DNA of 41,525 nt. It comes from a virus. Its lineage: Duplodnaviria > Caudoviricetes. The stretch lies in IMG/VR virus record IMGVR_UViG_3300005764_000035, positions 1-41,525 of that record; one strand, given 5' to 3'. The notes under the pieces were generated by a model. The model ran no database searches. It was not told where the DNA came from and worked only from the letters and a program-made list of their open reading frames with translations. Both the position numbers and the translations under genes were made by a program. Below, piece after piece: positions 1 to 9,519 of the stretch (within the stretch, counting starts at the first letter, position 1; each line of letters begins with the position of its first letter).

Positions 1-242
1 ACACGGTCCCACGATGATGGTGGTCCCCCAGAGGATCGGCGGGATCGCGTCGGGACAGTGGTCGCGGGCGGGCGCGATCTCGCCGCCTCGTAGTTCCAGC
101 GGTTGCGGGCCTCGGTTTCGTTCCAGGTGACGGCGGCGTTGTATTGCACCGCCAGTCCCATCCTGACGGCGTCGGTGAGGCCGGGGCCGGGTCCTTGGTG
201 TGCGCTGGCCACGAGGGCTACTCCGGCCAGCAGGAGGCGCAC
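1..242 (-). CDS. Exported protein, truncated at window edge; possibly Rpf/transglycosylase-like
   Basis: Own translation from GTG 242: MRLLLAGVALVASAHQG...RSRPPATTVPTRSRRSSGGPPSSWDRV>. Signal-peptide-like start, P/S/T linker, then WDRV as at the start of Rpf domains. Confidence 0.45.
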   Translation of the reverse strand, partial: MRLLLAGVALVASAHQGPGPGLTDAVRMGLAVQYNAAVTWNETEARNRWNYEAARSRPPATTVPTRSRRSSGGPPSSWDR

Positions 243-252
243 TACGGGCGCC

Positions 253-342
253 TCACGGGCGTGCTCGCACCAGGCCGAGGAGGTAGGAGAGGGCGATGAC
301 GCCCACTTCGACGACGAGGATCCAGCCTTGGGTCTCGGTCAC
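253..342 (-). CDS. Small single-TM protein (29 aa) in lysis cassette
   Basis: MTETQGWILVVEVGVIALSYLLGLVRARP; SD-like GAAAGGAAG upstream. Not in the ORF track. Confidence 0.55.
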   Translation of the reverse strand: MTETQGWILVVEVGVIALSYLLGLVRARP

Positions 343-358
343 GGGTTCTTCCTTTCAC

Positions 359-423
359 GGTGGGAACCGTCCGCCTGCTACAGGGCGGGCAACCTGGTCG
401 GGTACCCACGGACGGCTCCCACC
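359..423 (-). other. Intergenic stem enclosing two small hairpins (possible structured RNA/processing element)
   Basis: GGTGGGAACCGTCCG (359-373) is inverted at 409-423. The single mismatch is a G-U pair on the transcribed minus strand. Confidence 0.45.
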
Positions 424-1277
424 TAGAGCTGGTACCAGTCGCCCCAGTCATAGCCCTCGGCGTGGCGGGACCAGCACGAGCCGTTGGGGGCGTAGGCGTA
501 CACGTCGAACTGCAAGCGGGGGCCGGGGACGACGGTGATGGCGTCGGTGACTTCGCCCCCCAGGGCGAAGGGCTCGTCGCTGCCGCACCGGGCCCACAGT
601 TGCTTGTCGGTGCCCTTGTAGAACACCCATTGGCGGTCGTCTGAGTCGGTGCAGGTGGCGGGGGCGGCCATGTCGCGCTCCTCGGGTGGCGGTGGTTTCG
701 GTTTGACGCCTCCGGCGGCGTCGACGATGCGGTGCAGGTCGACCTGGCCTGCGTCCCAGTGGTCGTTGCCGGGGACGTTGGCGTGGACGCACAGGCCGTT
801 GAAGTTGGCCCACTGGTCCCAGTTGCCCCGCACTGCGCCGTTCTGGCCGTAGCCGTCGGAGCCGGTGGTGGGGGCGAGGCGTCCGGTGTCGATGGGCCAG
901 CCTGCGTCGAGGAGGGGGCGGAGGACGTCGTGGCCGATGTTGTCGAGTTCGGTAGTCCAGTTGGGGGTGTCGTCGGCGTAGCCGAACATCTCGACTTGGA
1001 GGGCGCCCGCCCGGTTGGTCTCGGGGGTACCGGAGGGGTGGGCGAGGGCGTAGGCGGAGCGGTCGAGGGGGAGGCCCTGGCCGAGCCAGCGGAGACGGGG
1101 GTGGTACCAGAGTTGTGGGGGTGAGCCGTGGGTCTCGGCCATGTTGCGGCACCCGTTGACGGTGCCGGGATCGCCCTCGGTGGTGTGGAGCGTGAGGCGG
1201 TAGGGGGCGCCGTTGTAGCTGCCGCCGGTCTTGGTGCAGCCGATGATCTCGGCGTTGGGGAGCCACCGGTCAGGCAT
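423..1277 (-). CDS. Endolysin, N-acetylmuramoyl-L-alanine amidase, with C-terminal beta-repeat binding domain
   Basis: LTLHTTEG, QVE and H-x7-HWDAG Zn-amidase-like motifs; Pro linker (KPKPPPPE); Trp-rich C-terminal repeats; ATG at 1277. Confidence 0.85.
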   Translation of the reverse strand: MPDRWLPNAEIIGCTKTGGSYNGAPYRLTLHTTEGDPGTVNGCRNMAETHGSPPQLWYHPRLRWLGQGLPLDRSAYALAHPSGTPETNRAGALQVEMFGYADDTPNWTTELDNIGHDVLRPLLDAGWPIDTGRLAPTTGSDGYGQNGAVRGNWDQWANFNGLCVHANVPGNDHWDAGQVDLHRIVDAAGGVKPKPPPPEERDMAAPATCTDSDDRQWVFYKGTDKQLWARCGSDEPFALGGEVTDAITVVPGPRLQFDVYAYAPNGSCWSRHAEGYDWGDWYQL

Positions 1278-1443
1278 CGGGCCACCGGATCTTGTGGGGT
1301 CGGCCGTGGTGGAGGCGTTCCCGCCACGACGGCCCTTCCGGTCCGAGATGGCCTTGGCCTTCATCGTCGTCGTCGCGTTCGGCGTCCTCCGCTTGGACGG
1401 CGCGGATCCACTGCTCCAATGCGGGACGCTGGTCGTCGGCCAT
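1270..1443 (-). CDS. Hypothetical protein (57 aa)
   Basis: MADDQRPALEQWIRAVQAEDAERDDDDEGQG...; fills the gap and overlaps the lysin start. Not in the ORF track. Confidence 0.5.
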   Translation of the reverse strand: MADDQRPALEQWIRAVQAEDAERDDDDEGQGHLGPEGPSWRERLHHGRPHKIRWPDA

Positions 1444-1456
1444 GGCGGGAACCTAG

Positions 1457-2188
1457 TCAGCGGACGCAGGCGTGGATGGTGAACTCCGCGGAACCCTTCG
1501 AGGCTTTGACCACGACATCGCCGAGGGTGAATCCGGGGGGACATGAGGCAGCGAGTCCTTGCGGGCCTGTGGGTCCTACTGGTCCTGTTCCTCCTTGGGC
1601 TCCTGTCGGCCCTTGGGGTCCTGGTGGCCCTGGTGGTCCGGTTGGCCCTGTCGGGCCAGTAGCGCCTGCCGATCCTGTCGGGCCAGGGCTGCCGTTTGCG
1701 CCACCCACTCCGCCAGCTCCTGTTGCGCCTGTCGCTCCTGTGTCGCCCTGCGGGCCAGGAGTGCTTCCAGTTCCCGTCCCGTTATCGCCCACCGCGCCAG
1801 CCGCCCCCGTGGACCCGGTCGATCCCGGTGGTCCCGTCGACCCGGTTGATCCTTGCGGTCCTTGTTGGCCTGCGGGTCCTTTGGGTCCGGTGGGTCCTGG
1901 TGGTCCGATGGGTCCATGGATGCCTCCGAGGGCCACGGTAGCGAGCACGGCGGCGATGGCGAGGAGGGCGAGGGAGACGAGCAGCCAGGTGGTGGCCGAC
2001 CCCCAGTCGGGGTGGTCCATGCGGATGCGGTGCAGCTCGGCGTTCAGGTCCTCGGCTTCGGTCTGCATGGCCTTGAGCCGTTCATGGCAGTCGGCCGCCC
2101 CTTCCCGTTTCGCTTTGCGCAGCGACACCAGGGCGGTGACGATCCCGGCGATCCCCGTGAGGAGGGCGCCGAGGGAGGCGAGGTTCAT
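1457..2188 (-). CDS. Membrane protein with collagen-like repeats (lysis-cassette, holin-like N-terminus)
   Basis: TM helix, coiled coil, second TM, roughly 35-40 Gly-X-Y triplets, C-terminal Cys pair (SCPPGF...ACVR). Confidence 0.75.
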   Translation of the reverse strand: MNLASLGALLTGIAGIVTALVSLRKAKREGAADCHERLKAMQTEAEDLNAELHRIRMDHPDWGSATTWLLVSLALLAIAAVLATVALGGIHGPIGPPGPTGPKGPAGQQGPQGSTGSTGPPGSTGSTGAAGAVGDNGTGTGSTPGPQGDTGATGATGAGGVGGANGSPGPTGSAGATGPTGPTGPPGPPGPQGPTGAQGGTGPVGPTGPQGLAASCPPGFTLGDVVVKASKGSAEFTIHACVR

Positions 2189-5100
2189 TCATCCCACGGG
2201 GACGGTGCGTTCGATGAGGGCGAGCTTGAGAGCATCGGGAGTGGTGTTCGCCGCCACCTGGGACCGGTAAGCCCGCAGGGCGGCGGGGTTGGACGCCAGC
2301 AACTGCTGGATGTGGGCGAACTGGGGGCGCAGGCCCGGGTACTTCATCGCTTCGGACCAGTCCCCGGTGCGCAGCGCCTTGTTGCGGACCTGCTGCTGGA
2401 CGTTCTCCCGTTGCACTTCGGCCCGGAACGCTTCCTGGGGGACGTTGATGTCGCGGTAGAAGTTGGGGAGACCGAGACCGGAGCGGAGCATGGTGGCCGC
2501 CGCCTCGGGGTTGGCTTGCAGGAGCCCCTTGAAGTTCTCGTTGTGGCCGATGAGGGCGCTGACCACCTGGGACTGGGGGATGAACGACCCCAGGATGTTG
2601 CCCAGCAGGCCGGGGTTGCGGGGTTTGAGGGTGCCGGTGGTGGGGTCGTAGGACACGTCGGGGTACAGGTCCTGGCTGCCCTTGGAGGGGTCGATGCCGA
2701 TGGATTTCATGGTGGCCACGATCAACGGGTTGGTGCGCCCCAGCAGCCCGCCGATGGTGAACATGGACGACAGGTCCTGGAAGGGGTTGAGGGCGCCGGG
2801 GGTGATGGCCTTGACCACGCCGTTCTTGTCGGGTTTGCCGACGAAGAACATGCGGGAGAAGTTGGACGGCAGCCAGTCCCCGAAGTCCTCTCGTTCCTTG
2901 CGGGCCAGCGACGCCATGACCGCGGCCCGGTAGGGGTGGTCCATGGGGAAGTGGAGGGCGTAGTCGATGAGGAACTTGGAGAAGGAGTAGAAGGGGAAGA
3001 AGGAGCGGATGACGGTGCGCTCGAACGGGGTCATGCGGTCCCACTGGGGGAGCACTTTGCGTTCCAGGGCGACGCCTGCCTGTTGGGCGCGGGCGACGGC
3101 TTCGGGGGAGTCGGCCGCGAACCCGCCCCTGATCTGGGCGTTCAGCTCCTTGTCGAAGGCGTACTTGTAGGCGGTGGAGCGGTAGAAGTTGTCGACCAGT
3201 TGGTTCTTGTCGTAGGACCATTGGGCGCCCCGGCGGAGGGCGTCGACGACGTTGCTGCCCGCTCCCAGCATCTCGCCCACCCACCGGCGGGCGGTGGTGG
3301 CCCCTTGGAGGTCGTGGATGGCGGCCACCCGGTCGGCGGTGGTGGTGCGGTCGAGCCACTCGTTGATCTCCCGGGGGTAGAACCCCATCCCGCCGGGGGG
3401 TGCGCCGGGGACCATCTCCCGTTCCCCGGAGCGGATCCATTTACTGATCTCGGGGTAGTGGGAGAGCATGTAGGGGATCGTCCCCGGTTCCTGGAGGGCC
3501 ATGAGGATGAGGCCACCGGCGATGTTGTTGGCGTGGAAGGCGGGCCGGTAGGCGAGGACGCTGGTGCGAAACAGGTTCATGGGCTTGTCGAGGGCCTGGG
3601 CGAACCGGTAGGGCTGTTTCTCGAACATCTCCTTGCGGGCGTTGTCGATGACCTTGGGGATGTAGATGCGCTCGTCGGGTCGCATCCGTAGTCCCGCTCC
3701 GCTGCCGGGGAACATCTGGTCGGGGTTGTAGGGCTCGTAGTTGCGGCGGATCAACGTGTTGGCGATCTGGCGGGCCTTGATGGGGTTGCCTCGGGCCAGG
3801 GTCTGGGCCAGGTCGCGGATCTCGGCGTAGGCGGTGGTCTGGTCCTTGCCGAAGATGTTGACGAAGTCGTCGACGAACTGGTCCTGGACCTTCTTGGTCA
3901 TGTACTCCACGGCGCCGTGGGACATGGCCACGGTGGGGTTCTCGTGGTAGGGGACGGTGTCGAAGGTTCGTTCCCGGATGAGCGACGGGTCCTTCATCCA
4001 GTCGGTGATGTGGGGGTGGATGATCTGGGAGACCTTGTCCGGTGCGACCTGGTGGGACCACACCGTCTTGAGGCCGTTGCGGCGCATCTCCTGGACCTGG
4101 GAGACCAACGCCCGTTCGGTGGCGCGTAGTTCCTGGGGGTTGTCGCGCAGACCTTGGACCATCTCCGGGAACCCTTGGTCAAGATGGCGGAGGGCTTCGG
4201 GGTTGTCGCCGTAGAGGTGGTACAGGGCGGTGGTGCGGTCCCCGGGGACGTAGCGCAGGTTCTCCACCACGGGCATGAGCGAGGCGGGCAGGACCCGGTC
4301 CTCCACCTTGGCCTGTTTCGCTTCCAGTGACGCCACCCGCCGGTCGGTGTACGCCTCGGTGCGAGCGTTGAACCGGTCCATGTCGGCGTAACGCTGCATG
4401 GAGTCGTAGATGGCGTCGGACTGGGGGTGGATGTGCTGGCGGCGGGAACCGATGGTGTTGCGCCACTGGTTCACCGCGTCCTGCCAGTTCCCCGCCCGGA
4501 TGTGGGCGCGGGCGGCGGCGTAGGACGGGTCCGTTTTCGCTTGGGCGTCGATGGCGTCGAGGATCTCCTGGCGCGACATGAGGGTCTTTTCGACCTGGTC
4601 GGCCTGGGCGGCGCGCATGGCGGCAGCGACGTCGTCGCGGGTGGCGCCCTTGGCGTTGGCCGCCTTGCGGACCAGGTCACCGTCGAACCCGGACTTGTCG
4701 AGGAGCTGGGCGTAGCCCTGCCCCACGGTCCGAGCCCACTTGTTGGTCATGTCCTCGTTCAACACGTCGGCGGGATCGAGGTGGGGGAACTCGTCGGCCG
4801 GGGACGCTTGGGCGATGCGGGTGCGGAGATCGCGGATAGCGGTGGCGGCGGTGACCTTGTTCCGGGCGTTCATGATGGTCTGGTACTGGTCGGGGGTGAA
4901 GATCTGCCCGTCGAGACGTTTGAGCATGTCCTGGTGGACGCCGTAGTCGGCGAGGACGTTGGCTTTCTCGTCGAGCCAGTTGGCCAGGGCCAGTTCCCGG
5001 TCGTCGGTGAGGCTGGCGAGAACGTCGGGGGTGTGCTCGGTGCGGAGCCGGTTGCCGAGTTCGATCTGGCGTTCCAGGGGGATGTCCCCCCAGGTTTGGG

Positions 5101-6100
5101 ATTGGGTGACGATGTCGCGCAGCGACGGGTCGACGGTGGCGAGGGCGGGGTGGTCGGCGGGGGTTTCGGCGTTGGCCCACAGCGCCAGGCGGTTCTCGGC
5201 CCCGGAGCGGAGTTGGGCGAGGTCGCGGGCGTACTCCCCGAACCGGGTGGCGAGGGCCTGGTAGAGGGGGCGGCTGGTGACGAACTCCTGGAGCATGGGG
5301 CTGGTGCGGCCCAGGAGGCGCACGTTGGACGGTTCGGTGGGGAGGGGACGCACTCCCGCCTCGACCCGGGCCGCGTTCTGGGCGGCGATGTCGGCTTGGA
5401 CTTCGGGGGTGGCGACCCTTGCCGCTTCCGCGGCCACGCGGGGGACCTTCCCCGCCAGGGTGTTGGCCAGCGACGCGATCGGTTCCTTGACGTAGGGGAG
5501 GACGTCGAGGGCGGTGTAGAGGGGGTGCTGGAGGAGGGCGCCTGGTCCGCCCTGGGCGAGGGTGGAGGCGGTGTAGACGCCGGGGACCAATCGGAGGCCG
5601 GGGACCTCCTGGAGTCCGGCGACGATGTCTCTGAGGTCCCCTCGCCCGAGGACCTCAGAGAGCTTTTGGGGGGCCTCGGGGAGCTGTTGGGCTTCGGACA
5701 CGAGGCCGGTGACCATGTGGGGGATGTCGATGAGGGACCGCAGGTCGGCCAGGGCGTTGCCCAGGAACCCCTCGTCGGGCGGTGGGGTCGCCGCCTTCTG
5801 GTCCACCGCCGTCTTGAGGGCGCCGAGGGTCTGGGAGCCGGTGAGGGGCATCTGGCCCCGGTTGACCCGCTGCAGGTCGTAGGCGGTGAAGCTGTTGGAA
5901 ATCGACGGGGGCAGCGACGACAGCGCGCTCTGCAGCCCGGGGTCCGAGTACTTGCGGGTGAACGCGGTCTGGACCTTGGGGAGCTGCGTATACAGCGGCG
6001 GGTTGGCCGGTCCTCCCCCGAGGAGGGACCCGAGCGGTCCGGGGAGATCGAACGACGGGAACGACGGCAGCGAGGGGAGGGGGAGGCCGGGGAGCGACAT
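2189..6100 (-). CDS. Large internal virion / DNA-ejection protein (1303 aa)
   Basis: Largest ORF, helical and Ala-rich; last of three ORFs after adaptor/nozzle, as in podovirus ejectosome operons; C-terminal motifs such as RSFFPFYSF. Confidence 0.65.
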   Translation of the reverse strand: MSLPGLPLPSLPSFPSFDLPGPLGSLLGGGPANPPLYTQLPKVQTAFTRKYSDPGLQSALSSLPPSISNSFTAYDLQRVNRGQMPLTGSQTLGALKTAVDQKAATPPPDEGFLGNALADLRSLIDIPHMVTGLVSEAQQLPEAPQKLSEVLGRGDLRDIVAGLQEVPGLRLVPGVYTASTLAQGGPGALLQHPLYTALDVLPYVKEPIASLANTLAGKVPRVAAEAARVATPEVQADIAAQNAARVEAGVRPLPTEPSNVRLLGRTSPMLQEFVTSRPLYQALATRFGEYARDLAQLRSGAENRLALWANAETPADHPALATVDPSLRDIVTQSQTWGDIPLERQIELGNRLRTEHTPDVLASLTDDRELALANWLDEKANVLADYGVHQDMLKRLDGQIFTPDQYQTIMNARNKVTAATAIRDLRTRIAQASPADEFPHLDPADVLNEDMTNKWARTVGQGYAQLLDKSGFDGDLVRKAANAKGATRDDVAAAMRAAQADQVEKTLMSRQEILDAIDAQAKTDPSYAAARAHIRAGNWQDAVNQWRNTIGSRRQHIHPQSDAIYDSMQRYADMDRFNARTEAYTDRRVASLEAKQAKVEDRVLPASLMPVVENLRYVPGDRTTALYHLYGDNPEALRHLDQGFPEMVQGLRDNPQELRATERALVSQVQEMRRNGLKTVWSHQVAPDKVSQIIHPHITDWMKDPSLIRERTFDTVPYHENPTVAMSHGAVEYMTKKVQDQFVDDFVNIFGKDQTTAYAEIRDLAQTLARGNPIKARQIANTLIRRNYEPYNPDQMFPGSGAGLRMRPDERIYIPKVIDNARKEMFEKQPYRFAQALDKPMNLFRTSVLAYRPAFHANNIAGGLILMALQEPGTIPYMLSHYPEISKWIRSGEREMVPGAPPGGMGFYPREINEWLDRTTTADRVAAIHDLQGATTARRWVGEMLGAGSNVVDALRRGAQWSYDKNQLVDNFYRSTAYKYAFDKELNAQIRGGFAADSPEAVARAQQAGVALERKVLPQWDRMTPFERTVIRSFFPFYSFSKFLIDYALHFPMDHPYRAAVMASLARKEREDFGDWLPSNFSRMFFVGKPDKNGVVKAITPGALNPFQDLSSMFTIGGLLGRTNPLIVATMKSIGIDPSKGSQDLYPDVSYDPTTGTLKPRNPGLLGNILGSFIPQSQVVSALIGHNENFKGLLQANPEAAATMLRSGLGLPNFYRDINVPQEAFRAEVQRENVQQQVRNKALRTGDWSEAMKYPGLRPQFAHIQQLLASNPAALRAYRSQVAANTTPDALKLALIERTVPVG

Positions 6101-6103
6101 GCG

Positions 6104-7219
6104 CTACCCCGTCGGTGTCGGCTGGGTCACTTGGCTGAAATCGGTCTGGTTCCCCGAGCCCTGGCGGGCCTGGGCCGCGGCCAACAGCCGCATCTGGTCC
6201 AACGTGTTCTGGGAGGCCTGGGCCTGCTGTTTGGCGGTCTCGTTCACCGCCGTCACCCACGGCTGGGCCGCGATCTGCATCCCGTAGGCCCCGTAGGTGC
6301 GCAGCGCGTCGTTGGCCATCATGTCGGCCTGGGAGTTGAAGGCGTCGCTGAACCCGGGAGGAGCGGTGGCGGCGAGCCGCTTGAGGATCTGGGAGCCCTG
6401 CATCCCCGACGCCAGGATGGCGTTGGCGTAGGGGGAGAAGAACTGTTGGGCCTGGGACTGCAACGCCAACTGGTATTGGGCGTTGGCCTGGTTGGTGAGG
6501 TAGGTGTTGGCGAAGTCCTGTTGTTGGGCCTGCTTCTGTTGGGCGTCGCCGCTGAGTTCGGAGATGACCCGTTGGGCGATCTCCTGGTCGGTGGCCGCTT
6601 TCCCGGTGCCCACCGTCTTGCCTTGGGCGTCGGTGGTGGTGCTCTGGATGCCGAGCTTCTTGTAGGTGTCGAACCGTTGCTGGTAGGTGGCGGGGTCCAA
6701 CTGCCCTTGGGTGGCGGTGGTGCCGATGAGGGCTTTGAGGTCGTCGGCCGACGGTCCCTGCTGTCCTCCGCCGCCGAACAGGCTGTGGGCCAGGCTGCCG
6801 GTGAAGCCGACACCGAAACCGCCGATGGCGGCGGGGATGGCGCCCACGCCCTCGAACATGGCGCCCACCGGCGCGGCCGCGCCTGCCGTCTTGAACCCGG
6901 TGCCGATGGCCTGCCAGATGTCGCCTCCGGTGGTGTTGGGTTTCCCCAGGTTCTCGACCGCGCCTCCCGCGAACTGGCCCGCCAGGGGGGCGCCGATACC
7001 GAGCGCCAGTCCGGGGGACTTGAAGCCCTGGAATGCTCCCGGGAACTTGGTCCAGAAGCCGGGGTTGGCGGCCTGCTCCTCCAGGGCGGGAGCGACACTG
7101 GAAGCACCGGGAATGAGGTTCCAGAAGTTCTGACCGTTGGCGGACGGCGTGCTCGCTGCGAGGCGTTGCTGCCACGTCTGGAAGCTGCCGGGTGTGAAGC
7201 CACCGAACACGTTGCTCAT
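6104..7219 (-). CDS. Probable DNA-ejection (pilot) protein
   Basis: Gly/Ala-rich hydrophobic segment (glycine-zipper-like GAIPAAIGGFGVG) followed by a Gln/Ala-rich helical region; synteny. Confidence 0.6.
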   Translation of the reverse strand: MSNVFGGFTPGSFQTWQQRLAASTPSANGQNFWNLIPGASSVAPALEEQAANPGFWTKFPGAFQGFKSPGLALGIGAPLAGQFAGGAVENLGKPNTTGGDIWQAIGTGFKTAGAAAPVGAMFEGVGAIPAAIGGFGVGFTGSLAHSLFGGGGQQGPSADDLKALIGTTATQGQLDPATYQQRFDTYKKLGIQSTTTDAQGKTVGTGKAATDQEIAQRVISELSGDAQQKQAQQQDFANTYLTNQANAQYQLALQSQAQQFFSPYANAILASGMQGSQILKRLAATAPPGFSDAFNSQADMMANDALRTYGAYGMQIAAQPWVTAVNETAKQQAQASQNTLDQMRLLAAAQARQGSGNQTDFSQVTQPTPTG

Positions 7220-7233
7220 GGTTCAGTCTCCTG

Positions 7234-8292
7234 TCACGGCGGTGGGAGGGGCTGGCCTCGCGACCCGGTGGGCTGGTAGCCCTTGGCGTACACGTCCGAG
7301 GCGTAGATGATCTTGTTCCAGATGTCCTGGGCGTTCATGGCCGTGGTCAGGTCCTGGGAGTTCATCTTCTGCAACAGGTCCGACGTGTCCATGAAGTTCT
7401 TGAGCCCCAACCGCTCCATGCCCTTGTCCAGTTCGTTGCGCAACTGGTCGCGGTCCAGTCCCAGGTCGCGGCCCTGGATGTCGAGCTGTTTGCCCTCGTC
7501 GGCCACCTTTGCCATGTTCTCCCCGTAGCGGGCCGTCTCCCCCTGCTGTTCGAGGTTCACGCCCACGTTGGCCCGCATCAACTGTTGGGCCAGCTCGTTG
7601 CGTTGCACCCCGTAGCCGCCGGTGAGGATGTTCCCCGCTCCCACCCCCTGGTTGAACAACTGGAAGTTCCCTTGCCGGTTGGCGGCCACGTTGCCCTGAC
7701 GGGCCAGGTCGTACTGCTGCCCGGCGATGTTGTGGAGGGCGGTGAGGAACCCGGGCTGGCGGGCGTTGGCCGCCTTCTGGACGTCGAGGGACTGGCCCCG
7801 CAGGTCCACCTTGCCCATCCCGATGTCGTAATCCTTCTGGAGAAAGCCCTTCTCCTGGCCGTAGCCGATGCCCAGTTGGTTGATCTGGGCCATCATGATG
7901 TCCTTGGCGTTCTGGCCGATGAGTTCGTTGAACTTGCTGAGGCCCTCCATGCCCGTGGCTGCCATCCCGAGCCCGAACTCCTTGGCCTGTTCGGTCAACC
8001 CGGGAACAGGGCTGTAGCCCGGTGCCCGCAACCCGATCCCGTAGGGGTCGCTCGCTTCGAGCTGGTCCATGAGCGGGGTGCCCGCGATAGGGGAGTTGGG
8101 GTTGGGGGTCGCTCCCCACCCGAACCCGTAGGTGGGGTCGTTGACGGTGGGGGTACCCAACGGGTAGTAGGTGCCCAGGTTGGGGTTGGCGCCCATCCCC
8201 AGGCCAGGGTCGACCATGGACCGGGTGGCGCCCTGCACCCGCTGGCTGGTGGGACCGATGTACCCCTGACCGGCGTAGGCGTAGTCGGACAT
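7234..8292 (-). CDS. Probable DNA-ejection / internal virion protein
   Basis: Gly/Gln-rich helical protein directly after the adaptor gene; synteny. Confidence 0.55.
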   Translation of the reverse strand: MSDYAYAGQGYIGPTSQRVQGATRSMVDPGLGMGANPNLGTYYPLGTPTVNDPTYGFGWGATPNPNSPIAGTPLMDQLEASDPYGIGLRAPGYSPVPGLTEQAKEFGLGMAATGMEGLSKFNELIGQNAKDIMMAQINQLGIGYGQEKGFLQKDYDIGMGKVDLRGQSLDVQKAANARQPGFLTALHNIAGQQYDLARQGNVAANRQGNFQLFNQGVGAGNILTGGYGVQRNELAQQLMRANVGVNLEQQGETARYGENMAKVADEGKQLDIQGRDLGLDRDQLRNELDKGMERLGLKNFMDTSDLLQKMNSQDLTTAMNAQDIWNKIIYASDVYAKGYQPTGSRGQPLPPP

Positions 8293-8978
8293 CAGTACCA
8301 GCCTTCATCCCACACGAACGGGTGCAGAGGGTACGACGTGTCGTACGTTCCGGCCTGGTCCGACCACCGCCGCGTCTGGTCGATCATGGCCTGCACCTTC
8401 TCGTCGTAGATCCCCTTGGCCTCCTGCCAGCGCGGATCGCGGGCTTTGCGGAGGGCCATGTACTCGGTGAAGTCGACGATCAACTCCTCCCGCCCCGACG
8501 GGATGGGGACGGTGGTGTTGGCGGCGGTGCCGTCGGTGGCCAGGTCGGTGGGCGCCTGGTAGTAGAACACCCGGATGCTGGTACCGGGGTTGGCGGGAAT
8601 GGGGTAGAGAACCAGTTTGAGGGTGGGCGGGAACCCCCACGCCGTCCACATCTGGGGGGTGGACTGGGTGGTGAGCTGCGTGGTCCACCACACGCTGTCG
8701 GCGTTGGCGTAGTCCCGGTATTCGAGGGGAGTGACACGCGACCCGGCATCCCTGTATTCGATGCGGTAGATGCGCAGCGTGTCAATGGGCGCCACGTACT
8801 GTTGCTGTCCGGGGGACAGGGTGATGTCGGCGGTGGTTTGCAGGGTCTCGGTACGTCGGGCGACATCGCGGGCCCCCTGGTTGATCCACCGTCGCAGTTC
8901 GGGGTCGGGGTAGAACTGGGGGGACGGTTCGTCGAGGCGGGAGCGGACATCGGACAGCAGTTGGGACTGGGTGGTCAT
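8292..8978 (-). CDS. Head-tail adaptor (tail tubular protein A-like)
   Basis: LLSDVRSRLDE...ELRRWINQGARDVARR N-terminal helices, LVLYPIP, and PIPSGREELIVDF..YMALRK, the pattern of podovirus adaptors. Confidence 0.75.
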   Translation of the reverse strand: MTTQSQLLSDVRSRLDEPSPQFYPDPELRRWINQGARDVARRTETLQTTADITLSPGQQQYVAPIDTLRIYRIEYRDAGSRVTPLEYRDYANADSVWWTTQLTTQSTPQMWTAWGFPPTLKLVLYPIPANPGTSIRVFYYQAPTDLATDGTAANTTVPIPSGREELIVDFTEYMALRKARDPRWQEAKGIYDEKVQAMIDQTRRWSDQAGTYDTSYPLHPFVWDEGWY

Positions 8979-8987
8979 GGGGCCTGC

Positions 8988-9518
8988 CTATGTGACGTTC
9001 TCGTACACCTGCATGTAGAGGTTCGGATAGATGGGCGGCACACCGACACTTTCCTTCCCCGGGTATCCGGTGAAGGACAACGCCCAGTTCTCCAGGTAGC
9101 GGTAGTTGTCCTCCTCCATCCAGTCGTCCGCCCATCGCTTGAACGGGAAATGGAGGGGATAGATGTACCCGTGAAGCTGGGTGTCCAGCGCCCACCGTTC
9201 CATGACGAAGTAGTTGGTCGCTTCCTGCTCGTCGGCCCAGTTCTTGTAGGGCAAATGGAGTCGGAGTTGCACCGGGAACTTCTCTGAATGCATGACATAG
9301 GACCATCGTTCGATATGAAAGTAGTTTTCCGCCTCTTGGGCCGATGCCCAGTTCTTGTGCGGAATGTGGCATGGCGGGGGGTAGACGAGTTCCCCGGCCA
9401 GTTCTTCCGGGGGCAGGCCGGTGCCGACGTTCTCGTAGACCTGGGCAACGAGAGCCGGGGACGGAAGTGGTCCGACGTTGTCGTAGACCTGGATGACGAG
9501 GTCGGGGACGGATGGCAT
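8988..9518 (-). CDS. Hypothetical virion-region protein with internal repeats
   Basis: Three HxPxKxWA...NYxxxExW repeats and three QVY(D/E)NV repeats. Confidence 0.7.
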   Translation of the reverse strand: MPSVPDLVIQVYDNVGPLPSPALVAQVYENVGTGLPPEELAGELVYPPPCHIPHKNWASAQEAENYFHIERWSYVMHSEKFPVQLRLHLPYKNWADEQEATNYFVMERWALDTQLHGYIYPLHFPFKRWADDWMEEDNYRYLENWALSFTGYPGKESVGVPPIYPNLYMQVYENVT

Positions 9519-9519
9519 G

